A DNA stretch of 64,000 bases from Candidatus Wolfebacteria bacterium (GCA_016188075.1 JACPIO010000017.1:23406-87405), one strand, 5' to 3'; counted from the first letter of the stretch, positions 7,954 to 17,865 are shown. The notes: a model not told the origin generated them from the sequence alone. Numbers and translations: made by a program.

Positions 7954-10460
7954 TGATTATGGAAAATCAAAAAAATCAGCGCGTCGAAAAACGCGAAATC
8001 ACGGAAGAATTGAAAGAATCCTATTTGAACTACGCGATGTCCGTTATCGTCTCGCGCGCTCTGCCGGACGTCCGGGACGGCTTAAAGCCGGTGCAGCGCC
8101 GAATTCTCTGGACAATGTGGGACGACGGCTTAACCCACAGCGCCAAATTTCGGAAATCAGCTAACGTAGTCGGGGCGGTTTTGGGCCGTTACCACCCGCA
8201 CGGCGATGCGGCAGTTTACGACGCTCTGGCCCGCATGGCCCAAGACTTTTCGCTGCGGTATCCTTTAGTTGACGGTCAGGGTAATTGGGGCAGCGTTGAC
8301 GGGGACAATCAGGCGGCCATGCGTTACACGGAGGCAAGACTTTCCAAGATTGCCGAGGAAACGCTTTTCGATATCGAAAAGGAAACTGTTGATTGGCAGC
8401 CGAATTATGACGCCACGCGCCAGGAACCAAAAGTTTTACCGGCCAAACTTCCCAGTCTTCTTTTAAACGGCACAATGGGCATTGCCGTGGGCATGGCCAC
8501 GAACATCCCTCCACATAACTTGGGAGAAGTCATTGATGCCGCCGACCACCTAATCGTGAATCCCAAAGCAACGACCGAGGATTTGATGAATCACATCCAA
8601 GGCCCGGATTTCCCGACCGGCGGGATTATTTACAATAAAAAAGCCATTGTCGAAGCTTATATTTCCGGCCGCGGCCCCATCACCTGCCGAGCCAAATCCG
8701 AAATCGAAGAGCGCAAAGCCGGACAATTCAATATCGTAGTTACGGAAATCCCCTATCAAATCAATAAATCCGAACTTTTAATCAAAATCGCCGAGCTCGT
8801 TAACGAGAAAAAAATTGAAGGCATCCGCGACCTTCGAGATGAAAGCGACAGAGACGGAATGAGGATTGTGATTGAACTCAAGACCGACGCGGTGCCGCAG
8901 AAAATTTTAAATCAGCTTTATAAACACACAGACCTCCAAAAAGATTTTCATTTGAATATGATTGCTTTGGTTCGGGGTATCGAACCCCAACTTTTATCCT
9001 TGAAAGAAATTTTGGCCGCCTACCTCGAACACCGAAGAGTGGTGGTGGAAAAACGAACCCGGTTCGAACTTCAGAAAGCCAAAGAAAGGGCTCATATTCT
9101 CGAAGGTTTGTCCCGTGCGCTTTCGGTCATTGATAAAATCATCGCCACCATCAAAAAATCAAAAGACCGGGACGAGGCGCGGGTCAATTTGGTAAAAAAT
9201 TTCAAACTGACGGAAATCCAGGCAACGGCGATTTTGGAGATGCGGCTTCAGACTTTAGCGGCTTTGGAACGCCAGAAAATCGAGGACGAACTCGAAGAAA
9301 AAAGAAAATTGATTATCGAGCTCGAAGCCATTCTCAAAAGCCCGGAGAAAATTCAAAAAATCATAAAAAACGAACTTCAGGAATTGAAAAAAAATTACGG
9401 CGACGAACGCCGAACCCAAGTGGTCGCAGGCGGCCTTCAAGAATTCAAACAGGAAGATTTAGTACCTCAAGAAGAAACCATTATTACTTTCTCGGAAGAC
9501 GGCTACGTGAAACGACTCCCGCCCTCAAGCTTTAAAACGCAGAAACGCGGCGGCAAGGGATTAATTGGTCAGGAAATGAACGAGGAAGACCTTTTGGCGC
9601 ATTTCATTTCCGCCGATACCCACGACAATATTTTATTTTTTACCACCCGGGGCCGGGCCTTTCAGACCAAAGTCTATGAAATACCGGTCGGCAGCCGCAC
9701 TGCCAAGGGAAAACTGATTCAGAATTTTTTGGAAATCCCCGCGGAGGAAACCGTGAGCGCCATTGTTACCTACGCGGCTCACAGACTACAGACTACCGAC
9801 TACAGTAAAAATCAGAAAGCCGTAGACCGTAGTCTGTCGACGCTAGACAATTACTTAGTAATGGCGACTAAAAATGGCTTGATAAAAAAGACTTCGCTCG
9901 CGGATTTTTCTAATGTTCGTCGGAGCGGCATTCTGGCTATGAAACTTCAAAACGACGACCAGCTTAAATGGGCAAAACTTTCTTCGGGCAAAGATGAAAT
10001 CATTTTGGCAACTGGCCGCGGACAAGCCATCAGATTCAAAGAAGCCGATCTCCGGGCCATGGGCAGGACTGCCTCCGGGGTCAAAGCCATAAGGCTAAAG
10101 AGTGGTGATTTTGTCGCTGGACTTGATATAATTAAGACAAGTTCCAAATTACCAATTACCAATTACAAATTACTTATTGTGACCGAAAATGGGTTTGCCA
10201 AACAGACTTCTTTGAAAGATTACAAAATTCAGAAACGCGGGGGCGGCGGCATAAAAACCGCTAAGGTTAATCAAAAAACCGGGCGCGTGATCGCGAGTCA
10301 AATTCTCGAAAATCAGGAAGACTTACTTGCGATCTCAACCAAAGGACAATTGATTCGAACGAAAATCGCGAGTATTCGCTTAGCGGGCCGCGCCACCTCC
10401 GGAGTGCGCATTATGAAATTAAAAGAAGGAGATAAAGTTGCCGGAATAGTATGTCTTTAA
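7953..10460 (+). CDS. gyrA: DNA gyrase subunit A
   Basis: 835 aa; [25 protein letters not shown], active-site region and C-terminal beta-pinwheel repeats. Carries in-frame low-complexity insertions at 9781-9850 and 10141-10175. Confidence 0.95.
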   Translation: MIMENQKNQRVEKREITEELKESYLNYAMSVIVSRALPDVRDGLKPVQRRILWTMWDDGLTHSAKFRKSANVVGAVLGRYHPHGDAAVYDALARMAQDFSLRYPLVDGQGNWGSVDGDNQAAMRYTEARLSKIAEETLFDIEKETVDWQPNYDATRQEPKVLPAKLPSLLLNGTMGIAVGMATNIPPHNLGEVIDAADHLIVNPKATTEDLMNHIQGPDFPTGGIIYNKKAIVEAYISGRGPITCRAKSEIEERKAGQFNIVVTEIPYQINKSELLIKIAELVNEKKIEGIRDLRDESDRDGMRIVIELKTDAVPQKILNQLYKHTDLQKDFHLNMIALVRGIEPQLLSLKEILAAYLEHRRVVVEKRTRFELQKAKERAHILEGLSRALSVIDKIIATIKKSKDRDEARVNLVKNFKLTEIQATAILEMRLQTLAALERQKIEDELEEKRKLIIELEAILKSPEKIQKIIKNELQELKKNYGDERRTQVVAGGLQEFKQEDLVPQEETIITFSEDGYVKRLPPSSFKTQKRGGKGLIGQEMNEEDLLAHFISADTHDNILFFTTRGRAFQTKVYEIPVGSRTAKGKLIQNFLEIPAEETVSAIVTYAAHRLQTTDYSKNQKAVDRSLSTLDNYLVMATKNGLIKKTSLADFSNVRRSGILAMKLQNDDQLKWAKLSSGKDEIILATGRGQAIRFKEADLRAMGRTASGVKAIRLKSGDFVAGLDIIKTSSKLPITNYKLLIVTENGFAKQTSLKDYKIQKRGGGGIKTAKVNQKTGRVIASQILENQEDLLAISTKGQLIRTKIASIRLAGRATSGVRIMKLKEGDKVAGIVCL

Positions 10461-11725
10461 CCCGCAATCAAACAATCATCATCGGCGCCGGCGTGGTCGT
10501 TGTTATCGTCATTGTTTTGATTTTAGTCGGCGTTCTGCCCGGGCTTCAGAGCCCGACCGATAAGCCGCCGGCAGTCACGCTTACTGTCTGGGGCATTGAC
10601 GACCAGCCGGCTTTTAACGCTTTGATTGATGGTTATAAAAAAATCCGGCCCAATGCTTCAGTCCTCTACGCCCAAATCCCGGAAGCAAGCTACGAAGAAA
10701 ATCTTGTGAATTCTTTGGCGGCCGGAACCGGCCCGGATGTTTTTATGATCCCAAACGGCCTGATCCGAAAACATGGCGGAAAAATGTTGGCGGCGCCGGC
10801 AAATCAGCTTTCCTTAGGAATGCTTCGCCAGCTTTTCCCTCAAGTTGTCGAGCAAAATTTAGTGGTTCAAAATCAAATTTACAGCCTGCCGCTTTATTTG
10901 GATACCCTGGCGCTTTTTTACAACAAAGACATTTTTGACGCCAAGACCATTTCCCTGCCGCCCCAAACCTGGAAAGATTTTCAAAACATTATTCCTAAAA
11001 TTCGGGAAAATAATGAATCAAATCAGATTGTGAAAGCCGCGGCCGCGATCGGCGGATCAAAAATCAGCATTAAATCCGCCTCGGATATCTTAAATCTTTT
11101 AATGATGCAATTTGGTAATCCCAAAGTAACCACCGAGGAATCTATAAATTTTGACGATCAAGGCCTTCAAGCTTTAAATTTTTATCTCCAATTTGCGAAT
11201 CCCGTAAGTCCGTCCTATACCTGGAACGATAACTTGGGAAATTCGATTGACAATTTCAGTCAGGGAAAAACCGCGATGATTTTCGCCTACAACGGAGACG
11301 CGCCTCTAATTAAAGCTAAAAGTCCGTTTTTGAATTTCGGCATCGCGGCAATGCCCCAATTCAATTTATCCCAACCCGTAAACCAGCCGAATTACTGGGG
11401 ACTCGCTGTTTCCCGCCAAACCAAAAAAGCGGTCTGGGCATGGGATTTTATTATAAATACAACTACGAACCAATTGATTATCGAGAATTACATTCAAATC
11501 AAAGACCAGTCGCCGGGCCTCCGCACTTTAATCCAAAATTATGTTAATGATCCGAATCTCGGTGTTTTCGTAAAACAAGCCCTAACAGCCCGGGCTTGGC
11601 CCGAACCGGATCATAATTTAGTCGGGCAATCGTTTTCCAACGGCATTGCTTCGGTTTTAACCGGCCAAGTTTCGCCAAAACAAGCGCTGGATAGAATTAC
11701 CAATGAAATCAATGCGCTACAATGA
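10451..11725 (+). CDS. ABC transporter substrate-binding protein (family 1, sugar-type)
   Basis: 424 aa; N-terminal TM anchor, SBP_bac_1-like body. Confidence 0.65.
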   Translation: MSLTRNQTIIIGAGVVVVIVIVLILVGVLPGLQSPTDKPPAVTLTVWGIDDQPAFNALIDGYKKIRPNASVLYAQIPEASYEENLVNSLAAGTGPDVFMIPNGLIRKHGGKMLAAPANQLSLGMLRQLFPQVVEQNLVVQNQIYSLPLYLDTLALFYNKDIFDAKTISLPPQTWKDFQNIIPKIRENNESNQIVKAAAAIGGSKISIKSASDILNLLMMQFGNPKVTTEESINFDDQGLQALNFYLQFANPVSPSYTWNDNLGNSIDNFSQGKTAMIFAYNGDAPLIKAKSPFLNFGIAAMPQFNLSQPVNQPNYWGLAVSRQTKKAVWAWDFIINTTTNQLIIENYIQIKDQSPGLRTLIQNYVNDPNLGVFVKQALTARAWPEPDHNLVGQSFSNGIASVLTGQVSPKQALDRITNEINALQ

Positions 11726-12204
11726 AATATCAAAGATTAAAAATAAAAGATAAGATTTTTCCGTTTTTAATTTGTGTTTTTGCTTTTTGGTTTTTAATTT
11801 TTGATTTATTACCGGCGCATGCCGCCATCCTCCCTGCTCCGAGCGGTCCCGGCGGCCAATATAACTACTGCGACCTACTTCATTTAGGTCAAAACATTAT
11901 TAACTTTATCGTTTCCCTTATCTTCCCTATCGCCACGGTAATGGTTGTTGTCGGCGGAATTTTCATTATGACCGCCCGAGAAAAACCGGATCAAGCCAAG
12001 AAAGGCCGGGAAATCGCAACAGCTGCTGTGATCGGAATTCTTATTACCTTGCTCTCCTGGCTTATATTGGATACAATATTTAAAATAGTGGCTGGTAGGA
12101 GCCCGCAAGCAGGCGGCGGGCCAGCAGTAATTCAAGGGTTGGGCCGCCCATGGAACGAACTAAGATGTGGTAGCCTTCCTTATGGATCAAATCCGGGCTA
12201 CTAG
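11722..12204 (+). CDS. TrbC/VirB2-like pilin-family protein, paralog 1
   Basis: Signal peptide plus two hydrophobic helices separated by a short basic loop (…MTAREKPDQAKKGREIA…), matching VirB2/TrbC topology; first of five tandem paralogs. Confidence 0.45.
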   Translation: MKYQRLKIKDKIFPFLICVFAFWFLIFDLLPAHAAILPAPSGPGGQYNYCDLLHLGQNIINFIVSLIFPIATVMVVVGGIFIMTAREKPDQAKKGREIATAAVIGILITLLSWLILDTIFKIVAGRSPQAGGGPAVIQGLGRPWNELRCGSLPYGSNPGY

Positions 12205-12245
12205 AAATACGGATCAGGGACGTCGCAAGTCCTTAGGTTCAGAAA

Positions 12246-12650
12246 TTGGCGAAGAAAATGAACACCCAAAAATATCAAAAAATATCCATAAGTATCTATA
12301 AGTATCTTTTAATATCTGTAAGTATCTTTTTTTTGATTGCGAATGTTGTTTTGGCTCAAACCTATGACGCCGACCAAGCTGCCCGTGATCTCGCCAGAGG
12401 TTCACCAATTGACAGGCCGGAAAAAGTTTTTCTGGTTCTCAAAAAAATACTTCAGTGGACATACACCATTTTTTTTATAATGGCAGTCTATTTTCTTTTG
12501 CTGGCGGCCTTTACGTATTTGTCCGCCAGCGGTAATCCTGAAAAAATCAAAGCCGCTTCCAGCCAGCTTCTCTGGGGAATGGTCGCTATTGCCGTAGCCT
12601 TAATTTCTGTCGGGGCGGCAGCGATAATCAGGGGTTTTCTTACTCCTTAA
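12246..12650 (+). CDS. TrbC/VirB2-like pilin-family protein, paralog 2
   Basis: Signal peptide (…VVLAQT), helix - SASGNPEKIKAASS - helix. Confidence 0.5.
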   Translation: MAKKMNTQKYQKISISIYKYLLISVSIFFLIANVVLAQTYDADQAARDLARGSPIDRPEKVFLVLKKILQWTYTIFFIMAVYFLLLAAFTYLSASGNPEKIKAASSQLLWGMVAIAVALISVGAAAIIRGFLTP

Positions 12651-12694
12651 ATAAACTTCAGAGATTAAAATCGCTTGATCCTTCCAAATTTATA

Positions 12695-13120
12695 ATGAAT
12701 TTCCAAAAAATTATAAAAAATTCTAAAAAAATCTTGACTTTTTTCATCCTATTTTCCAACTTCTTGTTTCTCGTTCCGCATCCATTAGCTTTAGCGGCCA
12801 TCACTCCGGGCCAAGTTCCGACCGCGGGAGATTTAGACGTTACCCCCTCGCCGGTAAACAGCCCCCAAGACTTGGAACGGGTTACCAAGAACGCTACTAG
12901 CGGTTTTTATGTAAGTTTTTTTATTCTAGCTGTTCTGTTTATTTTAATTGCTGCTTATAAATATCTTTTTGCAATGGGAGACGTTGAAAAACTAAAAAGC
13001 GCTCGCCTTATGCTTATTTATGCGGCAATCGCTATTGCCGTGGCCTTAATGGCTGTTAGTTTCGAGCTGATTATTAAAAATTTTTTAGCTCTTCCCAATG
13101 CCGGGATCCCCAACCAATAA
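12695..13120 (+). CDS. TrbC/VirB2-like pilin-family protein, paralog 3
   Basis: Signal peptide, helix - AMGDVEKLKSARL - helix. Confidence 0.5.
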   Translation: MNFQKIIKNSKKILTFFILFSNFLFLVPHPLALAAITPGQVPTAGDLDVTPSPVNSPQDLERVTKNATSGFYVSFFILAVLFILIAAYKYLFAMGDVEKLKSARLMLIYAAIAIAVALMAVSFELIIKNFLALPNAGIPNQ

Positions 13121-13220
13121 ATAGGAAGTGTTTTATAAATACCTTGAAATTTTCTTCTTAATACCTTAAAATTAAACTATATAAAAGTAAAAAGGTCGAA
13201 ATAAACTTTATCAATCTAAA

Positions 13221-13619
13221 ATGAAATTAACAAACAACAAAAAAATCTTCATAGTCGGCGGAATAACAATTTTAACCTTATTACTAGCAACATCCGCCTT
13301 GGCCCAAAATCCTGATCCTACAACACGGACCGGCATAAGTCGTATAGCGGGAGTCCCAACAAACCCAAACGAACTCCTTACTAGGGTAGGCGACTTCGTA
13401 AGATGGGCATATATTCTCTTTTTTATTCTAGCTGTTCTGTTTGTTCTGATTGCAGCCTATACCTACCTTACAGCTGCTGGCAACCAGGAAAAAATCGATA
13501 AGGCTAAAACTATGCTGATTTACTCTGCCGTTGCGGTTGCTGTGGCCTTAATGGCAATAGTATTTAACACTATTATAGGAGGATTCGTCGGTGGTGGCGG
13601 CGCCATCCCCAATCCATAA
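13221..13619 (+). CDS. TrbC/VirB2-like pilin-family protein, paralog 4
   Basis: Signal peptide (SALAQN), helix - AAGNQEKIDKAKT - helix, Gly-rich C-terminus. Confidence 0.5.
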   Translation: MKLTNNKKIFIVGGITILTLLLATSALAQNPDPTTRTGISRIAGVPTNPNELLTRVGDFVRWAYILFFILAVLFVLIAAYTYLTAAGNQEKIDKAKTMLIYSAVAVAVALMAIVFNTIIGGFVGGGGAIPNP

Positions 13620-13776
13620 GTCATTAACTATCCCCCGCACTCTTGGTTATTTAATGGTTAGTGCGGGGCAGGGCCAAGAACGATATTTTTTATTGTTTTT
13701 CGCCCTGCCCGGTAGTAGACCCTGCCCAATTTTACGATTTAATCTTACGACTTACGATGTCGTAAATAATTAATAC

Positions 13777-14163
13777 TTGCTAATGTCTAAATTTTTTAGA
13801 AAAATTTTTTACGCAGCGGTGGTTTCCTTTTTACCGATCTTTTTTATAAGATTAAAGGTTTTCGCAACAGAGGTTGGTGGCACAAGCGGCCAAACCTATA
13901 CCCTTCAAGACCCTCTCGGCAACCAAAATATTCTTACCATCATAGGCCGGGTTATTGACTACCTAATTTACATTAGCGTTCCGCTCCTTGCCTTATTTAT
14001 TCTCTGGGGCGGTTTTCAGATTTTGGGCGCCAGAGGCGATGTGGAAAAAGTCAAAAACGGCCGGGCCACTATTCAATGGGCAGTCATCGGCTTTACGATT
14101 ATTTTAGTATCAAAAGGAGTAGCTCTTATTCTTTTAAGAATTTTGTACCCTTCTAGCCCCTAA
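13777..14163 (+). CDS. TrbC/VirB2-like pilin-family protein, paralog 5
   Basis: TM, helix - GARGDVEKVKNGRA - helix. Confidence 0.45.
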   Translation: MLMSKFFRKIFYAAVVSFLPIFFIRLKVFATEVGGTSGQTYTLQDPLGNQNILTIIGRVIDYLIYISVPLLALFILWGGFQILGARGDVEKVKNGRATIQWAVIGFTIILVSKGVALILLRILYPSSP

Positions 14164-14263
14164 TTTCTCAAAAAAGAAACCCGTCAGCCAGACAAGAGTC
14201 TCGTAGCGCGTTGCTACGGACCAAAGCCCAGCTGACGGGCAAGACCTAAAACCCGAAAGAGCA

Positions 14264-14719
14264 TTACTTCTTATCGATTGAAACCTCCGCGGCATCACCA
14301 TCGCCGCGGAGCCTGAAGTTCGTAAACTTCACAGCCCCTAACCACTGAGTGGTGTCCGCGCCAAACTCAAGCGCCGGACTCCCGTCCCATGGCAGGAGCC
14401 AAAGACGACCCTGATTCCGTGCCCGGAAGTTAGTCTGGCCAGGGAGCTTCACCCATCCCGACCAGCAATCCAATCTTAACGGGACGCGAATCTGAGGCTG
14501 CAGAAAGCTCAAATGGTAATCTTGAGCATCCCCGCAGGTTGGATATTCCGCCGCCGCCGCTACCTTGGCCGCCGCAGCCGCCTTATTTCGTTCTGCTTCG
14601 GCAGCCTTACCTCTTCCTTCCCAATAGTCGTAACCCTTGACCGCCATAACCAAAAGGGGGCCGGCGATCACAAGCGCCCAGCTAACACCCTTGATCGAAG
14701 AAGTCATCCCGATATGCAT
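14264..14719 (-). CDS. membrane-anchored protein, possible NfeD-like partner of the SPFH protein
   Basis: 151 aa, N-terminal TM segment, C-terminal beta-rich segment; 1-nt junction with the upstream SPFH gene; GC-rich. Confidence 0.4.
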   Translation of the reverse strand: MHIGMTSSIKGVSWALVIAGPLLVMAVKGYDYWEGRGKAAEAERNKAAAAAKVAAAAEYPTCGDAQDYHLSFLQPQIRVPLRLDCWSGWVKLPGQTNFRARNQGRLWLLPWDGSPALEFGADTTQWLGAVKFTNFRLRGDGDAAEVSIDKK

Positions 14720-15811
14720 TTACGGCCTCCTTCCGAGAAGAGCAGTGAGCGCAGCACTCACCACCCCTCGACTCTCGGACGAAATGGTCACTTTTTTCTC
14801 ATCGATCGTCTTCTTTACCTTATCGCGCTCGGTCTGGACGATTTCGAGCGCTTGTTCCGGCGTAAAGTTAAGGGGGGCGGCCATGAGCTCTCGAATCCTC
14901 TCGCGCACATGTTCGAGCTCAATCCGTTCAGCCTCCCTCTGCCGCTCTTCTCGTCGAGCCTTCTCGTAATCCTCCTGTACTTCTGGAGGTCGAGAGAGCT
15001 CACCAACGAGCACTTCGATAACATCAATACCCCATTCGATGGCTCGTTGGTCAGCCCGGCGTTGGATACCGTCGAGTATGAGATCCCTTGCAGCCACCGC
15101 GTCGTCATCGTTTAAAGTCCTGACGGTGGAACGCAGATTCTGTTGGACGAGCTCGACCAAACTTCTGTCGATTACCTCCTCGCCAACAGAGAGTACCTGC
15201 CCGGGGTTTTCAACCCGCCAGCGGATTGCCGACGGCTCCACGGTGATCCGAACGTTATTCGACGAAATCACGGTGAATTTATCGGCCCGAGAACTCCTTT
15301 CGCGTGCATCTACCGCCTCGGCAGCCATAATGGGCCGAGGCAATATCCAACTCCACCCCTCGGAAAGTTCGTAACGGGCGCGAACCAACCCCACTTCTTC
15401 CGGAGTTCCGTCGGGCAACGGACGTATTGCGGTAAACCGTTGCAGCAGACGTCCTCCAAAAATAGTCGGCACACCCCGGTGAGCAATGGGAATCGAGATT
15501 AATCCGGCCACTCCGAAGTAGCCGAAAACGACGAAAGCTACCCCTATATTGTAAGGCCAAGAGATAAGGGTGTATGCGACACCCGTTAATACTCCGACGA
15601 GGAGAATTCCGAGAAGAAACGACCGAACTCGGCTGAGTCTTCGGGGTTCTTCGTCACCGCCCCAAGGCGAGATCGAAGGGGCACTAGGAGGAGTAGGCGG
15701 GGTAGTTATAGCCGTTGTCGGTCGGCGCCCACGGCGCCCAAGAAGGTACCCCAACAAGGCCACGAGAAGCCCTACTACACCGACACCTATCCATGTCCAC
15801 ATCGCATCCAT
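14720..15811 (-). CDS. SPFH/band-7 (stomatin/prohibitin/HflK-C-like) domain protein
   Basis: 363 aa; two N-terminal TM helices, SPFH core and a long Glu/Arg coiled coil (EDYEKARREERQREAERIELEHVRERIREL). Markedly higher GC than the surroundings. Confidence 0.7.
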   Translation of the reverse strand: MDAMWTWIGVGVVGLLVALLGYLLGRRGRRPTTAITTPPTPPSAPSISPWGGDEEPRRLSRVRSFLLGILLVGVLTGVAYTLISWPYNIGVAFVVFGYFGVAGLISIPIAHRGVPTIFGGRLLQRFTAIRPLPDGTPEEVGLVRARYELSEGWSWILPRPIMAAEAVDARERSSRADKFTVISSNNVRITVEPSAIRWRVENPGQVLSVGEEVIDRSLVELVQQNLRSTVRTLNDDDAVAARDLILDGIQRRADQRAIEWGIDVIEVLVGELSRPPEVQEDYEKARREERQREAERIELEHVRERIRELMAAPLNFTPEQALEIVQTERDKVKKTIDEKKVTISSESRGVVSAALTALLGRRP

Positions 15812-16024
15812 CGTCCTTCTCCTTCCGACCCGTGTCGCTCTGGACGACTGGGTCTCATGCGGGTTATTAGGTTATCTTGCTCTCGCGTCCACTAAAGTGA
15901 ACGCGCACTAAGTCAAAGTACAACATCCCGAGTGTCAACTCGGAACTGCCTTAATATAAGCACAAATCGCTAAAAAAGTCAACATCTTGTTTTATTTTAC
16001 TTATTCCCCTTTTTCCCGTTTCTT

Positions 16025-16156
16025 TAATCCAAACGCCAGCAATTCCTCGCCGCTTGTATCGAGGATGAATGGCGCAACTAAGAATCTCGGCGGAGCCGAC
16101 CCTTATTGGATCGAACCCGCCCTGATGCCGCGCCGCTTGCGGCGCGGACGGGTTCA
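16025..16156 (+). repeat. ~135-nt structured repeat element, copy 3
   Basis: First hairpin variant CCTCGCCGCTTGTATCGAGG, short-loop terminal hairpin. An inverted fragment of the same element (catcctcgccgcaagcggcgagg) lies at 16564-16586. Confidence 0.8.
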
Positions 16157-16201
16157 CTCCTCCGCCAATCTTACATTAACCTTGTATTCCCCCAACTCGC
16201 T

Positions 16202-17658
16202 GCTACGTTTAAACGTAGCAGTGAGAACGTAGCAACGAGGGAGGAACGCCGACAGACGAAAAACCCAGGGGAGCAAAAACCATTAAAACTCTTTTCCTTA
16301 GGAGCCGGCTTGATGATAAATCAAACAATTCTGTCCGCTACGTTTAAACGTAGCGGCGAGGCATACATCAAAAATACAGAGAATGACCGACCGAAAGAAA
16401 TCAATCAGTTCCTCCCGTTCGTTCTCCTGCTCGAAATTAATACTCCGTAGTTAACGTTTCGCAAAATTTTAGAGTTGCGCTCGCGTCATTATCTTTCACG
16501 ACATTATCTTTTAAAACTGCCTGCTACGTTTAAACGTAGCAGGCAGGATAACCATAAAACATCCTCGCCGCAAGCGGCGAGGTATTCGGCGATTAGCGCC
16601 ATAAACAAACTTTTGAAAAGATATTCCAATCTAAAAAGATATTCCGGGCGAAAACTAAAGTTGATCAAGAAAATCCCAGCGACCCCTTCCCTTGTAGGCC
16701 GGAATTTTTCTTCTTTTGTACCGCGGTTCGCGGAATCTTAACGGAATATTTTTTAATTTCTTATCCGGGTTGATTTTTTCCCTCCTTTTTAATCCCCTTT
16801 TCACAAAACTAATGGTGTCGGGACTTACGTCAACAATTTCACCTATTTTCCGGTAAGTTAAACCGCGTTCCAAAAGCAAGAGAGTCGCCAATCTTCTTTC
16901 AAGAAGATTAATTTCGCTTCCCGAAAGAAATTTATTTAAACCGCAGAGCAAGTCTTTTTCGGAGGTTGCTCCCCTTATCTCCGTCAAGAACTTTTGCCAT
17001 GCCGCCCTCTTCAAAATCTCCCCTATGTATTTTTTATTAACATTGACCATCTTTTTATTCTTTTAACCATTACTCCGGCTCCATTCACCATTCTAACAGT
17101 CTTTTGCTAATCCTTAAATTATAAAACAAGTAATTATATATTGCTATGTTTAAACATAGCAGGTTAACTGAAAAAGAAGGGTAGAAGGGCTCCGGATTCT
17201 ATTATCTCTATATCAGCATGAGTGACGTCAGTATATCAATATAAACGATATCAGCAGAGATCATTTCGGCGCAGGACGATTCTCTTCGATCTGCTACGTT
17301 TAAACGTAGCAGACAGAGTAAGGATAATCGCAGCTTAGCCAAAAAAACCAGTCCAAATTGCAAAACTATTATTTTCTCTCCACTACGTTTAAACGTAGCG
17401 CGCAGGGTAGGAATAGACAGAAGATGGTCGAGTAACTGGCGCGAATAAACAGCGGCTCCGAATACACGACAGCCGAGAAAGCAAGAGGGGCAAATATTTT
17501 CAGAAAGCAATACTGCGAAAAATACCGCAATGCTACGTTTAAACATAGCAGCGAGACGTAAATCAACTACCTCGCGGTTAGCACTCGCAAAATTTTGAAT
17601 TTATGCTCGTAACGCTATCGTCTAACTTCTAAAATTGCACGCTACGTTTAAACGTAGC
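16202..17658. repeat. array of eight 18-bp perfect palindromes GCTACGTTTAAACGTAGC (irregular spacing)
   Basis: Cores at 16202, 16336, 16523, 17143, 17293, 17382, 17532 and 17641. Flanks extend the palindrome differently in each copy (a perfect 30-mer at 16517-16546). The copy at 17143 carries a compensatory C>T/G>A pair. Confidence 0.85.
16655..17050 (-). CDS. TrpR-like (YerC/YecD family) helix-turn-helix protein
   Basis: 131 aa; ...LTYRKIGEIVDVSPDTISFVKRGLKR matches the Trp-repressor/YerC HTH; basic C-terminal tail. Sits inside the palindrome array. Confidence 0.6.
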   Translation of the reverse strand: MVNVNKKYIGEILKRAAWQKFLTEIRGATSEKDLLCGLNKFLSGSEINLLERRLATLLLLERGLTYRKIGEIVDVSPDTISFVKRGLKRREKINPDKKLKNIPLRFREPRYKRRKIPAYKGRGRWDFLDQL

Positions 17659-17743
17659 ACGTCGCTCTAGGGCGACGAAATTTCAAAAGTGAAAGTAGGA
17701 ATAAAAATGAAAATGAGAAAGAAACGAGGAAGAAAAGATAGAA

Positions 17744-17772
17744 TTGACGACAGGCGACAATTAAATTAAATT
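17744..17772 (+). promoter_or_regulatory. promoter candidate for tRNA-Leu(UAG) (TTGACG-17-TAAATT)
   Basis: -35-like TTGACG at 17744 and -10-like TAAATT at 17767, about 8 nt before the tRNA 5' end. Confidence 0.3.
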
Positions 17773-17779
17773 AAATGGT

Positions 17780-17865
17780 GGGCGAGTGGCGGAACTGGAA
17801 TACGCGTACGCCTTAGAAGCGTATGGACTATGTCCTTGAGGGTTCGAATCCCTCCCCGCCCACCA
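17780..17865 (+). tRNA. tRNA-Leu (UAG), CCA encoded
   Basis: Type II cloverleaf: GGGCGAG/..CCCGCCC acceptor (one A-C mismatch), anticodon loop CTTAGAA, long variable arm, T-arm GAGGGTTCGAATCCCTC, then ACCA. A start at 17777 is an alternative parse. Confidence 0.75.

Noticed and set aside
8161-8514. Antisense and overlapping ORFs within gyrA, topA, ileS, clp and rel (e.g. 8161..8514, 27354..27818, 58594..59070, 34200..34778, 25683..26183)
   Set aside because: They lie entirely inside strongly supported conserved genes on the opposite strand or in other frames and have no recognisable motifs.
14513-15560. ORFs on the + strand across the SPFH gene (14513..15115, 14637..14969, 15039..15374, 15143..15502)
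   Set aside because: GC-rich DNA produces long random ORFs in all frames. The minus-strand ORF has TM helices, an SPFH core and a coiled coil, and is translationally coupled to its neighbour.
16106-17566. ORF-track proteins in the palindrome region (16106..16450, 16475..16741, 17208..17546, 17369..17566)
   Set aside because: They are low-complexity translations dominated by the repeated ATFKRS/LRLNVA peptides derived from the palindrome, with no start context and no domain.
16202-17658. CRISPR array interpretation of the GCTACGTTTAAACGTAGC repeats
   Set aside because: Repeats are perfect palindromes with no loop, spacing is irregular (95-627 bp), flanks differ so that each copy forms a different-length palindrome, and a protein-coding gene sits inside the array. 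No cas genes or leader are present in the window.
16202-17658. Integron attC-site cassette array
   Set aside because: No GTTRRRY / RYYYAAC core pair (central GTTTAAAC does not fit), no intI nearby, and spacers are mostly non-coding.
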